From the IMG/VR virus record IMGVR_UViG_3300027749_000091: a DNA stretch of 64,000 nt; one strand, 5' to 3'. The notes beneath the pieces were generated by a model that saw nothing but the letters and a program-made list of their open reading frames with translations, was not told where the DNA came from and searched no databases. The translations under genes were made by a program, and so were the position numbers. Below, in pieces: positions 28,087 to 38,307 of the stretch (positions are counted from its first letter, which is position 1; every line of letters begins with the position of its first letter). Origin of the DNA: an uncultured virus (IMG/VR IMGVR_UViG_3300027749_000091). Taxonomy: Duplodnaviria > Heunggongvirae > Uroviricota > Caudoviricetes.

Positions 28087-28366
28087 AGATCGTGAACACA
28101 TGAGATTTTTAGCGGCCTGCTTTGCGCTAATGAATTGCGGGAATCCAAAAACCGCCGTTAATCTTGCGGATGAGTTAATAGAAGAATTATCTAGCCAAAA
28201 AACAGGCGGCGGCATTGTTGATATTGTTCCTAAGCGTAGACGTAAACCTAGGAGTAACACATGAGCGAAGAAGAAATAGAAGAGGTTATACTAGCGTTGA
28301 AAGCAGCAGGTATGCAAATGCCTGAATACGAAATTTTACAAGACGGCTCATATCACTTTTTTCAAA

Positions 28367-28624
28367 ATGGACAAGCGAGACTTAATACTACAGTTTATAG
28401 CGAAGAACCCCGGAGTCCTATCAATTGATATTGGTGTAGGTTTAAGCCGGGCTTCTGTTGGTGCCCATGCTAAAGCCTTGATGGATGAGGGTAAGTTAAT
28501 AAGAGATAAGAACTACGGCTGGCATATATCCAAAGATTACATTGTGGATTTTAATAAGAAAAGCATTACGCCAATGGATATAGCTGGCGAACACATTAGA
28601 AAAATGATTGATGTACAGAAATAA
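28367..28624 (+). CDS. Winged-HTH-like protein
   Basis: ILQFIAKNPG....I.VGLSRASV..H.KAL..EGKL. Confidence 0.5.
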   Translation: MDKRDLILQFIAKNPGVLSIDIGVGLSRASVGAHAKALMDEGKLIRDKNYGWHISKDYIVDFNKKSITPMDIAGEHIRKMIDVQK

Positions 28625-28898
28625 GAAACTATTAGAAATTGTACGAAAATCTCCTTGCCAGAATTGTGGAATACAAGACGAAACGATTGTTGCGGCGCAC
28701 AGTAATCAGCTTCGCGATGGTAAGGGTAGAGGACTTAAGTGTTCGGACTATAGAATTGCCGCCCTCTGCTTTAGATGCCATTCGGAACTCGACCAAGGAA
28801 AAACGTTATCTAAAGACCATAGGGTTGAGATGTTCGAGAGTGCGCACCGTGCCACCATTGGTTGGCTTTTCGAAAACGAACATATTGAAATAAAATGA
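28608..28898 (+). CDS. DUF1364/DUF968-like His-Me finger nuclease
   Basis: YRNKKLL..PCQNC..VAAHSN..GKGRGLK.SD...AALC..CH. Confidence 0.75.
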   Translation: MMYRNKKLLEIVRKSPCQNCGIQDETIVAAHSNQLRDGKGRGLKCSDYRIAALCFRCHSELDQGKTLSKDHRVEMFESAHRATIGWLFENEHIEIK

Positions 28899-28979
28899 GA
28901 GGCGCTGTGGACTAATGCAGCGTACTTATTGATAGAAGGAGTTCTGATTGTTTCCAGTTCACCTCTCCAGATTAGTTTA

Positions 28980-29333
28980 CTACAACTCGAGTGGGTCAAA
29001 TCCTAATTCAGTAGCAATAGAATGCGCCCGCCTACGGAACGTTGCGTCATGTTTTGTCCATGCATCAGATACTGTTCCCGACCTAGACATATGAATCATT
29101 TCGTGCGCCATAGTCCTAATTACAGTATCTAAATGCCCGCAACGCGCGTCCGAGATAGTAATAATATGCTCGTGCTTTTCCCCGTCATCGTAAAGGTAGG
29201 AACCCATAGTTTCTGGATCTGTTTCCACGACAAACTTAATCTGCTCCGGCAATGGTAACGACCATTTCATAAATGGTTCGCAGCAGTACAGGGTAGAGTA
29301 GATATTTTTAAGGATTTGAGTAGTAAGTTTCAT
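28980..29333 (-). CDS. SprT-like zinc metalloprotease
   Basis: TMAHEMIH (HExxH) followed by H...F. Confidence 0.75.
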   Translation of the reverse strand: MKLTTQILKNIYSTLYCCEPFMKWSLPLPEQIKFVVETDPETMGSYLYDDGEKHEHIITISDARCGHLDTVIRTMAHEMIHMSRSGTVSDAWTKHDATFRRRAHSIATELGFDPLEL

Positions 29334-30292
29334 GTTTGGTTAATGCAACCACGGAATTCAAAACGGTCCTCCCCGCATACTTGAATTAGCTCAGGAAGCA
29401 TAAGCCTTCCCTCTTCAAACGATAACAGGGCAAAACCGGAACGCCAATCTTTAGGGCCATCCTCAGTATAGCCCATGTACTGCTCTCCATTTGGATCCGA
29501 TAAGGTGCCTGTTTGAACGCCATAGCGGGTTCCGTTGTAATCCGTAAGGGGTTGGACAGCCAAGTTGTGGGTATGGCCTGTAATCATGTTTACGCCCGCA
29601 TTGAGGGCATTTGCCCTACCAGCGCCAAATCCACCCTTCCAGCGGTGCTTAATACAGGTATCTTCATTTACCCAATATGACCAGCAAGGTAGCCAATGGG
29701 GGAAGTGATCTTTAAGGGTAAACCCTGATACTCCCTCGTATTGGGGTGCCTGAGCCGCTAGGAACGTTTCAAAGCGGGCATCGTGGTTACCCATTGTCCA
29801 TATCAATTCAGCGCCTACAGAGGCTTTTTGGATGCCTTCCATGAATGTTTGGCAAGCTTCAAGCTCTTCCTTAACGGTTGGGCTTTTGGACCAGCCAATT
29901 CTAGGGTGCCGTGAGTTTTGGGAACCGTCAAACATATCTCCATTGGCTACAACTACTTTAGGCTGAAATTCCTTAATAATAATTAGGAGCGCCTGATAAG
30001 CCGTGGTGTAATCGTCAGGCCAGAAATGAGCATCTGAAAACACTACTACTCTACCCTTTTCCATTTCTATGCCACGGCGGGCATGACCAACGGTTTGTTC
30101 TAGTTTTTTAGGCTCAGTATATCTACTGTCCTTCAAGGTAGGGAGGCTTATTTGATGCCTTGCTTCGATTGATCTGCGCCTGTTGTGGACAGATCGAACG
30201 TCCATGCCATGCTTTGCAGCAAACTTAATGGGACTACTAATAATTCTCCATTCGTTAATAAACTCTAAGTCCGTCAAGTAATATCCAGCCAT
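29330..30292 (-). CDS. Calcineurin-like metallophosphoesterase
   Basis: SDAH, NGD.FD, GNHD, GHTH. Confidence 0.88.
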   Translation of the reverse strand: MAGYYLTDLEFINEWRIISSPIKFAAKHGMDVRSVHNRRRSIEARHQISLPTLKDSRYTEPKKLEQTVGHARRGIEMEKGRVVVFSDAHFWPDDYTTAYQALLIIIKEFQPKVVVANGDMFDGSQNSRHPRIGWSKSPTVKEELEACQTFMEGIQKASVGAELIWTMGNHDARFETFLAAQAPQYEGVSGFTLKDHFPHWLPCWSYWVNEDTCIKHRWKGGFGAGRANALNAGVNMITGHTHNLAVQPLTDYNGTRYGVQTGTLSDPNGEQYMGYTEDGPKDWRSGFALLSFEEGRLMLPELIQVCGEDRFEFRGCINQT

Positions 30293-30383
30293 CAGTCCTC
30301 TCCTCTATCATGTGGTTAAGAAGCGTTTTACCACAAGTAAATTAAATAATCATTACATTTATATGATTTATAAGGGTATTCAC

Positions 30384-33300
30384 TTATTTTTCTAAACGTT
30401 CAACCTGATTATTAAATTGAGTCATAACACGGGTTTTACGGTCTTCTAATTGCTTAATCCTTGCTGCTGGTGCATTTTTTTCCAGCAAGTTTTTTTTCTC
30501 TCTATTAATTTTAGAGACTTCATTTTCTAACCTGTTTGCCTGTTGCCATAGGCGCGCCTCAGGATGATCCCTTAAAAAGTCTGTTGTTCTAGCGCGGTCT
30601 TTTTGGCGGCCTTTAATTTCATTTTCATAGTTAGCCATACGGGTAATGTTGTCGTAGAACCGGTTGGCTTGTGCTGCTTGAGAATTAACGTCACCATAAA
30701 ACTTACCAACTAATGGAACCTTGTAAGTAGGTAATTCTTCTCCGGTAACAGCAGCAGTAACAGCCTGTTCTGTTTTGGATATTTCTCTTCCAATGCCGCC
30801 AGTTGCCTGACCAAACAAGAAATCAATTTGATCTGGCGTAGGGCTTACTAATCCTTTTTGGTATTTAGTTCCGCCTGAAGCAAGGTTAAGAAAATATGAT
30901 AATTCTTTACCTAGGTAGCTTGCGGTCTCACGAGCGCGGGTATATCCGGGAGTTGGATTAGTAGCGCGATCTTCTCTAGCAATTGGGCGACCAAATGTAT
31001 CTTTGTTTTCAATGATTGCTGCAATTGGATCAAGCATCGTTGGAGATAATGATTGCATAGATAAACCAGCATTACCAATTGGATTAAACGCATCCATTAA
31101 AACACTAGTTAAATTCACCGCTTTCCTGCCAACGTTCTTACCACCGTTCATTACCATTTCAGTAGTAATGCGTCCCATGTTAGGAATGATATGCAATCCT
31201 AGTGGCATTGGAATAGCAAAGTAATGTCCGTCTGGAAATGGGATAACTAGATTACGCGCTTTAATAAACTCTGGTGGTTCATCGTCTTTGAATCCCATCA
31301 TAGCCAATGCTAAGGCTTGAACTGATCCTAAAAGCAAACCACCCGCAACAATCTTTTTACCTGCTGGCCCCCTAAGGGTTTCTGCTAAACGTGCCGTACC
31401 TTGAACTGATGCATTATAGAAAGCATATAAAGCACCCATCTGTTGAGCGCGCTCGCCTTTGCGGTTAAAGTTAACTGTAAGATTCTTAGCAATACTGGCT
31501 GCTTGCTCTTTAGATATGCCTTGATCTATAGCTACCTTATAGGCAGATAGGCGCACCGCATTTTCCATTGCGTCGTTGTAGTCTGACAACCAATTAAATA
31601 CCGCAGCAACACCTTTTTTAATATTACCTTTTTCAAGATTACGCATCTCTTTTTCAATAATATTTTGATCGGATCTGTTCTTACTGAATTGATCGCGGTA
31701 TCCAGTAGCGCCACCTTCTTGTTGATACTCTTCCCACAACTTGGCCCATTCACCTTTAGCTACGCCTTTTCCAGCGCGGGCAGTTCTAAGGTCCGAATAA
31801 ATTCCCGCTAATGCTGGTAAAACTCCAGCAGTAACCTGCGCCTGCTTTCCTGCAATAGCAGTAGTGGATAAGTTAAATTGAGCGCCCAATGTATCCCGTA
31901 TGAAGTTATACGCACCGAACACTGGGTTATATTGAGTGTTAACAGAAGCTATCCAACGGGTAACTTTAGCGGCATTACCTAACGCCCATCCCATTTCTTC
32001 AGCATCTAGGTTCTTAATAGCCTGAACCATACGCATAGCTCTAGGATCGCTTGCGTTAAAGAATATAAAACGCTCTTGACCATTGATACGGATAGCAAAT
32101 ACGTTAGGACTGTTGCGTAAGATAGGGTTTACCTTATAGGTAACAGTACCAGTATCTGGATCTAATACTGCTGTCTGTGGCTCTTGAATGATGTTGGCTG
32201 CATCTGCCTCATTTATTCCAAGTGTCCTTAACTCAGCAAGCAAAGCTTTTTCATTCTTAATGGCATCAGGATTTACTGGCAACCAAAAGTTTGGGTTAGG
32301 ATTCATAATTGCTAAACCATATAGCGCCGTTCCAACCCGAGCCTTTTCAGCGCGGACAATAGCCCGCTCACGCTGGTTAGCAATGTTAGCAAAGATGTCT
32401 GCTACTTCTTTAAATGAGCCAAACGCGCGCTTACTTGCTCCGCCTCGAGTTTGGAAGCCCTGACCAAGACCGGTATAGTCTTGAGCAAAATCTAAATCTT
32501 TACGCATTAAAGGAACATACTTTTTGTAAGTTTTATTCCAAACATCAATAGTAGCTTGGCTTTCTAATCCCGCATCAATTAATACTTTTTGAGTTCCTTT
32601 AACAATGGCATCAATTTTTTCGGCAAGTCCTTCTAATACTTTGGCTTTTTCTGGCGGCAAATTATTCAAGTAGTCTTGAGCTTCTTTGGTAAACATACCA
32701 GAGCCGCCGTCTAGCATTGCATTCGGATTAAGCGTTCCATCCTCTAAAAACTCAGGATTAATCTTAGCAATCTGTTTGTTACGCTCTTCTGCATGGCGGG
32801 CCTGTAGATAAGTATCAAGCTCTACAATACTGACATCTTTATCACGCATAGTGCGAACAACTGGCAACAATTCATTATTTAAGAAGTCTTTGGTGCGCTT
32901 TGCAGTACGCCCGTGATATAGCTCTTCTTTAAGATAGGCATTCCATTTGTCTGTAATTTCTTTGCCTTGGGAAATAATAGCTTGAATGACTCGCTTAGTA
33001 TCAATGTACTTATCTTGTATCTTATATATAAACCGTTCCATTTTAGAATCATCTGGAATAGAAAAAACGGTAGTAGGAGAAACAACTTTACCGCGATAGT
33101 TACGGCGGATTCTATTTAACTTCTCTATTCCTTTTGGACCTTCGGTTTCCATCTCAGAACGGCTAAACAATACCATTTGATCTTGTGGAACTTTTTCCAT
33201 AGCCAAAGACTCAAACTGAGCGCGTGATGCAATCTCATCCAAGTACTGCTTAAACGTCTCATTAGGTAAATACTTCTGTCCTTTAAGAGTTTCGTAGAAC

Positions 33301-36300
33301 TTGCGTAGCGCAGCACCTAACTTAGCAAAGAACTTGTCTACTACAGTCAATGGTTTTTCAGAAGATACAGACCAACGAGCAACTTGGTCTGCATACCACT
33401 CACTAAAGCTTGTCCAATATGGTGGCAAATTACGTCCCATCATTTTTGGATCTCTAATTATTGTGGTTTGTGCTGTAGTTTTAGCCCGTAATGTTTGCAG
33501 CAATTCTTTTGCCGTAGCATTTTTTTGTGATGATAGCCATTCCAAATGTGCATTTTGCAGCTTATTTTGCATTTCAGGGGTAGCATTAACAAAAACTTCT
33601 TTTTGATGAACGTGTCCCAATTCATGCGCTATAGTTTCTAGCATTTTGGTTGGGCTAGTTGATTCCTTAAAAACAACGTAATAACTACCGTCACTCATAA
33701 GCTTCATTGAGCCATTCATTTTTGGGCCAAGTGATGCTTGAATATCACGATGCGGACCAGTAAAGTTATCCTTGTTTTTTTCTACAAAGTCTTTAGTAGA
33801 GATATAAACATTTGCTTTAATATCAAGTAAATTTTTCCATCCGCGAACAACGTTTGCTACATTTTTAGATACACCGCCGGAAATAGCTATTCCATTTTGA
33901 AATTTAATAAATGGCGTTTTAAAGTGTTTGATAGCATCTGCTGCTTCAATAGCATCTACTTTTTGCTGAAGCATAACCTTTTCTTCTGGATTAATTGGAG
34001 CTATATCAATTCCATTTTTTCCATTGGTTAAATAACTTTGGCTTCTCCAATAACGTCTTCCTACTGCAACGCCATAATGTGGGCCACCGTAGTCATCAAA
34101 ATAACTAAATAAACCAAGATTACCTTTTCTAAATAAAACTTTTCCACTTAACTCAGACTTGGCTGCTGCCTCAACATCAGCCTCTGCTGTATCTTTAGAA
34201 AATAATTGTCCTTCTTCTGTTGGCTTTAATCCTTGCGCAACCAATTCTTCTCTAGTCATCTTGGGGGTTACACCAAAGATATCTTCCGCTGGCTTCTGTG
34301 TTTGTTCAAATGCAAGATTAGATAGGTTTTGTAAACTGCTGGCAATTTTTTTAAACGAACGCGCGTTATCAGCAAATAATTGCAAAATATTATTAGACAA
34401 TGGATCTACCGTCATGTCTTGCTGGTTTACTAAGTCTGATAACTTAACGCCATTTCTACGTGCATTAACTGCTAATTGAGCGGCTTCAATTAACTGTGGT
34501 CTTATATCAAATTCACCGGCACCTTCAAGCCTAGACATTTGTGGCGCGGCTGAACTTAATGCTCGAATAATATTGCGGGCTTCACTATCATCCGCTTGAT
34601 GAGCAAGTCTGGTTAAGTCATCGTTGTTATATGCCTTTTGAAAGATGGCGGCATTTAGGCGTTCAGTAGCTTGTTTAGTTGGCAGCCCGTTATTGTCTAT
34701 TAAGTTGGCTTGCTCTGTAGTGGGCATAGAATTAATAAACCCACGCAATGCATTATTGTCAAGATTACCTTCTTCGTCATGTTTAATACCAGCCAAGTCA
34801 ATCCTATTAGAATCGTTCTTAGCCTGTTCTACAGCAGATAAATTTAAGTTAGACGCCACATTAGATATATCGCCAATATCATTAGTAATCTGGTCTTTTG
34901 GCATTAACCGCACCAATACGGGCTGCGGAATATTATTAATAACTTCTGAGCTTACGCCATGTAAATCATCGTTAGCTAAGTTTTCTCTATAGTTTCCTGC
35001 GGTGTTACGCTCATATGCAGCTTGTAAACCAGCAGAACGAGCATTGCCGGCAATAGCTTTTAGGCCGGGATAGTCTGACTGAAAAAACTCTGGGTTAACA
35101 GAACCATCTGCATTATTAGATGGCAACACCGCTCTAGCATCTATCACGGCATATTGAATTGGAATCTTACGCCCATCAGAAGCCGTTACAGTAGACTTTC
35201 TGCCAAGTTGAGCCTCTGGTATAGGAAGGTCTCCAGAAACGACTGGTGCGCCTGTTCCAAAGTCTTTAGAGAAGCCTACAAGATCATAGTCGGGATTAGC
35301 TGCGATCTGATTCATTTGAGATACAGAAGCGGGCGTAGCGCGGTTACGGTTTTGAATAACCACATTTTTAGCTTGATCTACTTGGGCCGCTGTATTTAAT
35401 ACTTCTGGTGTAGGAATACTTGCAACAGGAGCCACTTGAGGAAGTTTAACTAAGGGTTTACCCTCAGTTTCTCCTAACATTCCAGCATAATCTTGAGAGG
35501 CACTAATTGGAGGAACTGTTTGAGCTTGTTCTACGGGTGGAGCTGTAACTACCGCTTCATCTTTAATTGTTTCTGGAATAATTCGTGGTTCTCTATACGC
35601 TTGAATGCCTCTTGATGTGCCGCCTATTCCACCACCAGCCGCAGCAGCTCCAAAGAATGCTTCTTTGTATTCTTTGTTAGCCTCTTCTCCAGTAACTGGT
35701 AATCCAGCTTGATATCTTTCCATTGCCTGCTCTAATACCTCAACTGGAGCTTCTGCAATGATGCCTTCTGTTGCCCCAACTGCAACTCTTTTACCCACCT
35801 TTGCAGCCAATTGGCGGGCGGTTAATTCTTTTGCAACTTCTGTTCCAGCTTTTTTACCGAGGCTGCCTAAGCCAAGCATAAAACGGTCCGCAAAATAACC
35901 CAATGGAGCAGTACCAGCAGCAGTAAGTGCAGCTTTAGCAACTTCTAATTCTTTTGGATCATTCTTTTCTTGAGCTTGACGTACTAAAAAATTACCAAAC
36001 TGCTGTACTCCATACACTCCAATACCAACCAACGCACCTCCTACCGGAGTAATAAACGGTGATGCCGCCATACCAGCCGCTAAAGGTATTGCTGTTTGTG
36101 GTCCTGATTGTGCAATTTGTTCGGTAATAAATTTAGGAACTTGAGCTGCCGCAGCGCCGAGGCCTTTTTGTTCATAAATGCGTTCTATATCAGCAGCAGA
36201 CGTTCCGGGTGTTACTTGCGGTACTTGTTGCGCTGCTTTTATTTGCTGCATCTTTTTAAGGGTATCGGCATCAGTGCCAAGCGTAGATGTGGCAGCTAAA

Positions 36301-36524
36301 CCTAAACCAGAAGCAACATCACCAAGAGATTCAATACCCCTTTTACCGGCAGCTAATGTGCCTTTTAAAATTCCAACATCTTCTGGTTTTCTTTGGGCTA
36401 ATACTGGTGCCTGTACTTGGCGTTCAGCCGTCATCCGTTTAGCGGTTGACTGAATAATGGATGGGTCTGTGCCGTCAGGAAACTCTAAAACAGTACCATC
36501 AAATAATTCGGCTTCTATAGCCAT
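30384..36524 (-). CDS. Large polyvalent virion/ejection protein (DdrB-like ParB domain, zincin HExxH, LPD38-like C-terminus)
   Basis: QNRNRA..ASV.QM..IA.NPD...S..FGTGAPV...AIAGNAR; AHELGH..EWYAD; NLTVNFNRKG...LYAFYNASVQG. Domain names are recalled by eye. Confidence 0.65.
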   Translation of the reverse strand: MAIEAELFDGTVLEFPDGTDPSIIQSTAKRMTAERQVQAPVLAQRKPEDVGILKGTLAAGKRGIESLGDVASGLGLAATSTLGTDADTLKKMQQIKAAQQVPQVTPGTSAADIERIYEQKGLGAAAAQVPKFITEQIAQSGPQTAIPLAAGMAASPFITPVGGALVGIGVYGVQQFGNFLVRQAQEKNDPKELEVAKAALTAAGTAPLGYFADRFMLGLGSLGKKAGTEVAKELTARQLAAKVGKRVAVGATEGIIAEAPVEVLEQAMERYQAGLPVTGEEANKEYKEAFFGAAAAGGGIGGTSRGIQAYREPRIIPETIKDEAVVTAPPVEQAQTVPPISASQDYAGMLGETEGKPLVKLPQVAPVASIPTPEVLNTAAQVDQAKNVVIQNRNRATPASVSQMNQIAANPDYDLVGFSKDFGTGAPVVSGDLPIPEAQLGRKSTVTASDGRKIPIQYAVIDARAVLPSNNADGSVNPEFFQSDYPGLKAIAGNARSAGLQAAYERNTAGNYRENLANDDLHGVSSEVINNIPQPVLVRLMPKDQITNDIGDISNVASNLNLSAVEQAKNDSNRIDLAGIKHDEEGNLDNNALRGFINSMPTTEQANLIDNNGLPTKQATERLNAAIFQKAYNNDDLTRLAHQADDSEARNIIRALSSAAPQMSRLEGAGEFDIRPQLIEAAQLAVNARRNGVKLSDLVNQQDMTVDPLSNNILQLFADNARSFKKIASSLQNLSNLAFEQTQKPAEDIFGVTPKMTREELVAQGLKPTEEGQLFSKDTAEADVEAAAKSELSGKVLFRKGNLGLFSYFDDYGGPHYGVAVGRRYWRSQSYLTNGKNGIDIAPINPEEKVMLQQKVDAIEAADAIKHFKTPFIKFQNGIAISGGVSKNVANVVRGWKNLLDIKANVYISTKDFVEKNKDNFTGPHRDIQASLGPKMNGSMKLMSDGSYYVVFKESTSPTKMLETIAHELGHVHQKEVFVNATPEMQNKLQNAHLEWLSSQKNATAKELLQTLRAKTTAQTTIIRDPKMMGRNLPPYWTSFSEWYADQVARWSVSSEKPLTVVDKFFAKLGAALRKFYETLKGQKYLPNETFKQYLDEIASRAQFESLAMEKVPQDQMVLFSRSEMETEGPKGIEKLNRIRRNYRGKVVSPTTVFSIPDDSKMERFIYKIQDKYIDTKRVIQAIISQGKEITDKWNAYLKEELYHGRTAKRTKDFLNNELLPVVRTMRDKDVSIVELDTYLQARHAEERNKQIAKINPEFLEDGTLNPNAMLDGGSGMFTKEAQDYLNNLPPEKAKVLEGLAEKIDAIVKGTQKVLIDAGLESQATIDVWNKTYKKYVPLMRKDLDFAQDYTGLGQGFQTRGGASKRAFGSFKEVADIFANIANQRERAIVRAEKARVGTALYGLAIMNPNPNFWLPVNPDAIKNEKALLAELRTLGINEADAANIIQEPQTAVLDPDTGTVTYKVNPILRNSPNVFAIRINGQERFIFFNASDPRAMRMVQAIKNLDAEEMGWALGNAAKVTRWIASVNTQYNPVFGAYNFIRDTLGAQFNLSTTAIAGKQAQVTAGVLPALAGIYSDLRTARAGKGVAKGEWAKLWEEYQQEGGATGYRDQFSKNRSDQNIIEKEMRNLEKGNIKKGVAAVFNWLSDYNDAMENAVRLSAYKVAIDQGISKEQAASIAKNLTVNFNRKGERAQQMGALYAFYNASVQGTARLAETLRGPAGKKIVAGGLLLGSVQALALAMMGFKDDEPPEFIKARNLVIPFPDGHYFAIPMPLGLHIIPNMGRITTEMVMNGGKNVGRKAVNLTSVLMDAFNPIGNAGLSMQSLSPTMLDPIAAIIENKDTFGRPIAREDRATNPTPGYTRARETASYLGKELSYFLNLASGGTKYQKGLVSPTPDQIDFLFGQATGGIGREISKTEQAVTAAVTGEELPTYKVPLVGKFYGDVNSQAAQANRFYDNITRMANYENEIKGRQKDRARTTDFLRDHPEARLWQQANRLENEVSKINREKKNLLEKNAPAARIKQLEDRKTRVMTQFNNQVERLEK

Positions 36525-36532
36525 TCGTTACC

Positions 36533-38305
36533 TTATTGAATTGGGTTACCTTGAGCATCAAATCGCATTCTACCAGCAGGTGCTGCTGATGGTTGATTTG
36601 TACCAAATAAATTACGTGCGCCTTGAGTAATAGTATCTAAAAATCCGGGTTTTTCTGGAGGAGGAGGAGGAAGCGGAGGCAACGATACCTTAACTCTTGG
36701 TTGCTTAATTCCAGTGCTACTAAAATAAGCATCTTTAATGGCTTCCATAGAATCTAAGTAATATTGATACATAGGATCATCAGGCGGAGTATCTTTTAAA
36801 AGATCAGCAAATTTTTTGTATTGAGGATCTGCTGCTGCACGACTTAAAGCAGCAGTAATATTTGCTTCTTTTTTGGCTTCTGCTGTCTGTTCTGCCGCTG
36901 TTCTACCAGCCTGTATACGTTCTTTTGTTGCCGCTAATCTTTCTCTACTAATATCTGACTTTTCTTCACGAGCCGCAGTTAATTCATCTAGTTTTGCTTG
37001 GCTAATCTTAGAAAGTTCTTTTGCCCGTAAGCCGCCCAGTTCTGACTTATCAAAACTAGCAAGTTCAGCAGCGCGTTGTTTTTGTAATGCGCCATAAGTG
37101 CTAATTCCTTGTAGCGCACCCTGACCAATATTAGTCATAGCATATGGAGAAGTACCGCCCATTATTCCAAAGCCAGCCTGCATTAAAGCAAGATACTTAT
37201 CTTGTTCTGCATTTTTCTTTAATTCTTCACGTTCTTGAGCTTGACGCGCTATATACGATTGAAATGGATCAATTGCTTGTGTTTCTTGCGGAATGTTAAC
37301 AATGCTTTCTCCGGGAGATAAGGAATATTCAGGCTCAACTACATCGCCTTGAGCAAAATGTGCAATACCACCTTCTGCCATTTTGACATATCCTTGCGTT
37401 TCTCTTGGCAAGGATTCAATTCCACTGCCACGCTTAAGCATTTCAGATACGCGACCCGGACCAGCGTTATAAGCAGCCAATCCTAATACTGGATCTTTAA
37501 ACCTATCTACTTGTTGTTTTAAGTATGTTGCTCCACCAAGAAGATTTTCATATGTATTTTTACGGTTAATGCCAAGTTCTCTTGCGGTAGCTTCCATTAT
37601 TTGCATTGGGCCATAGGCGCCTGCTTTTGACATTGCAGTTTCTGGATTTTTAAGCCCGCCAGTCTCTTTGTAAAGAGCATGAAGCATAAGATTTGGGTCT
37701 AGTCCTACTTGCTTTGCCGCTGCAATAGCTTGCTCTTCAAGCGGATGAGTGCCGCGTTTGGCTACATCTAAATTAGCAATTCCAGAAGAATTTGCTGCGG
37801 CCTTAGTTGCTTCATATGATTTAGGAAGCGCGTCAATTACTCCTCTTGCTCTGGATTTAAGTCCAGACAACAAACTCATAATTTGACTTTCTTCTTCGGT
37901 TAAACCTTCTTCGTCTTCATCTTCTGCATCTCCGCCGCTAGCAAAGGCTACAATGCCACCGCCAGCCATACCTTGTGGCATACCTGTAGGTAAGCTTGCT
38001 ACACCGGGCTGGTTCTCTGGTAACTGTTGTGCCATTGGCGCAGCCATCGGAACTTGTGGTTGAGGAGGAACTTGAGCTTGCATTTGTGGTTGCATTTGTG
38101 GCTGAGGATTAGCTTGATCTAATACGTCCTCTGCTACTGTACGGGCTGGTGGCTGTCCTGCACCAGCGCTCTGCAATTGCTGACGGCGCTGAATCTCAGC
38201 TAAGGCTAAAAACTGTGGCACTACGCTATTAGGACTCTTAGCGTAACCAACTAAGGTGTTCTGTGGAACGTCCTTTAAATGTTCTGATAATTGTGTAATG
38301 TTCAT
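36533..38305 (-). CDS. Internal virion protein with an SLT lytic transglycosylase domain
   Basis: KETGG, GAYGPMQIM..TA, LAAYNAGPG, ETQGYV. Confidence 0.85.
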   Translation of the reverse strand: MNITQLSEHLKDVPQNTLVGYAKSPNSVVPQFLALAEIQRRQQLQSAGAGQPPARTVAEDVLDQANPQPQMQPQMQAQVPPQPQVPMAAPMAQQLPENQPGVASLPTGMPQGMAGGGIVAFASGGDAEDEDEEGLTEEESQIMSLLSGLKSRARGVIDALPKSYEATKAAANSSGIANLDVAKRGTHPLEEQAIAAAKQVGLDPNLMLHALYKETGGLKNPETAMSKAGAYGPMQIMEATARELGINRKNTYENLLGGATYLKQQVDRFKDPVLGLAAYNAGPGRVSEMLKRGSGIESLPRETQGYVKMAEGGIAHFAQGDVVEPEYSLSPGESIVNIPQETQAIDPFQSYIARQAQEREELKKNAEQDKYLALMQAGFGIMGGTSPYAMTNIGQGALQGISTYGALQKQRAAELASFDKSELGGLRAKELSKISQAKLDELTAAREEKSDISRERLAATKERIQAGRTAAEQTAEAKKEANITAALSRAAADPQYKKFADLLKDTPPDDPMYQYYLDSMEAIKDAYFSSTGIKQPRVKVSLPPLPPPPPEKPGFLDTITQGARNLFGTNQPSAAPAGRMRFDAQGNPIQ

Positions 38306-38307
38306 AG

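Noticed and set aside
28899..28979. Possible tRNA in the convergent gap
   Set aside because: No cloverleaf, TTC-GA T-loop or acceptor stem found.
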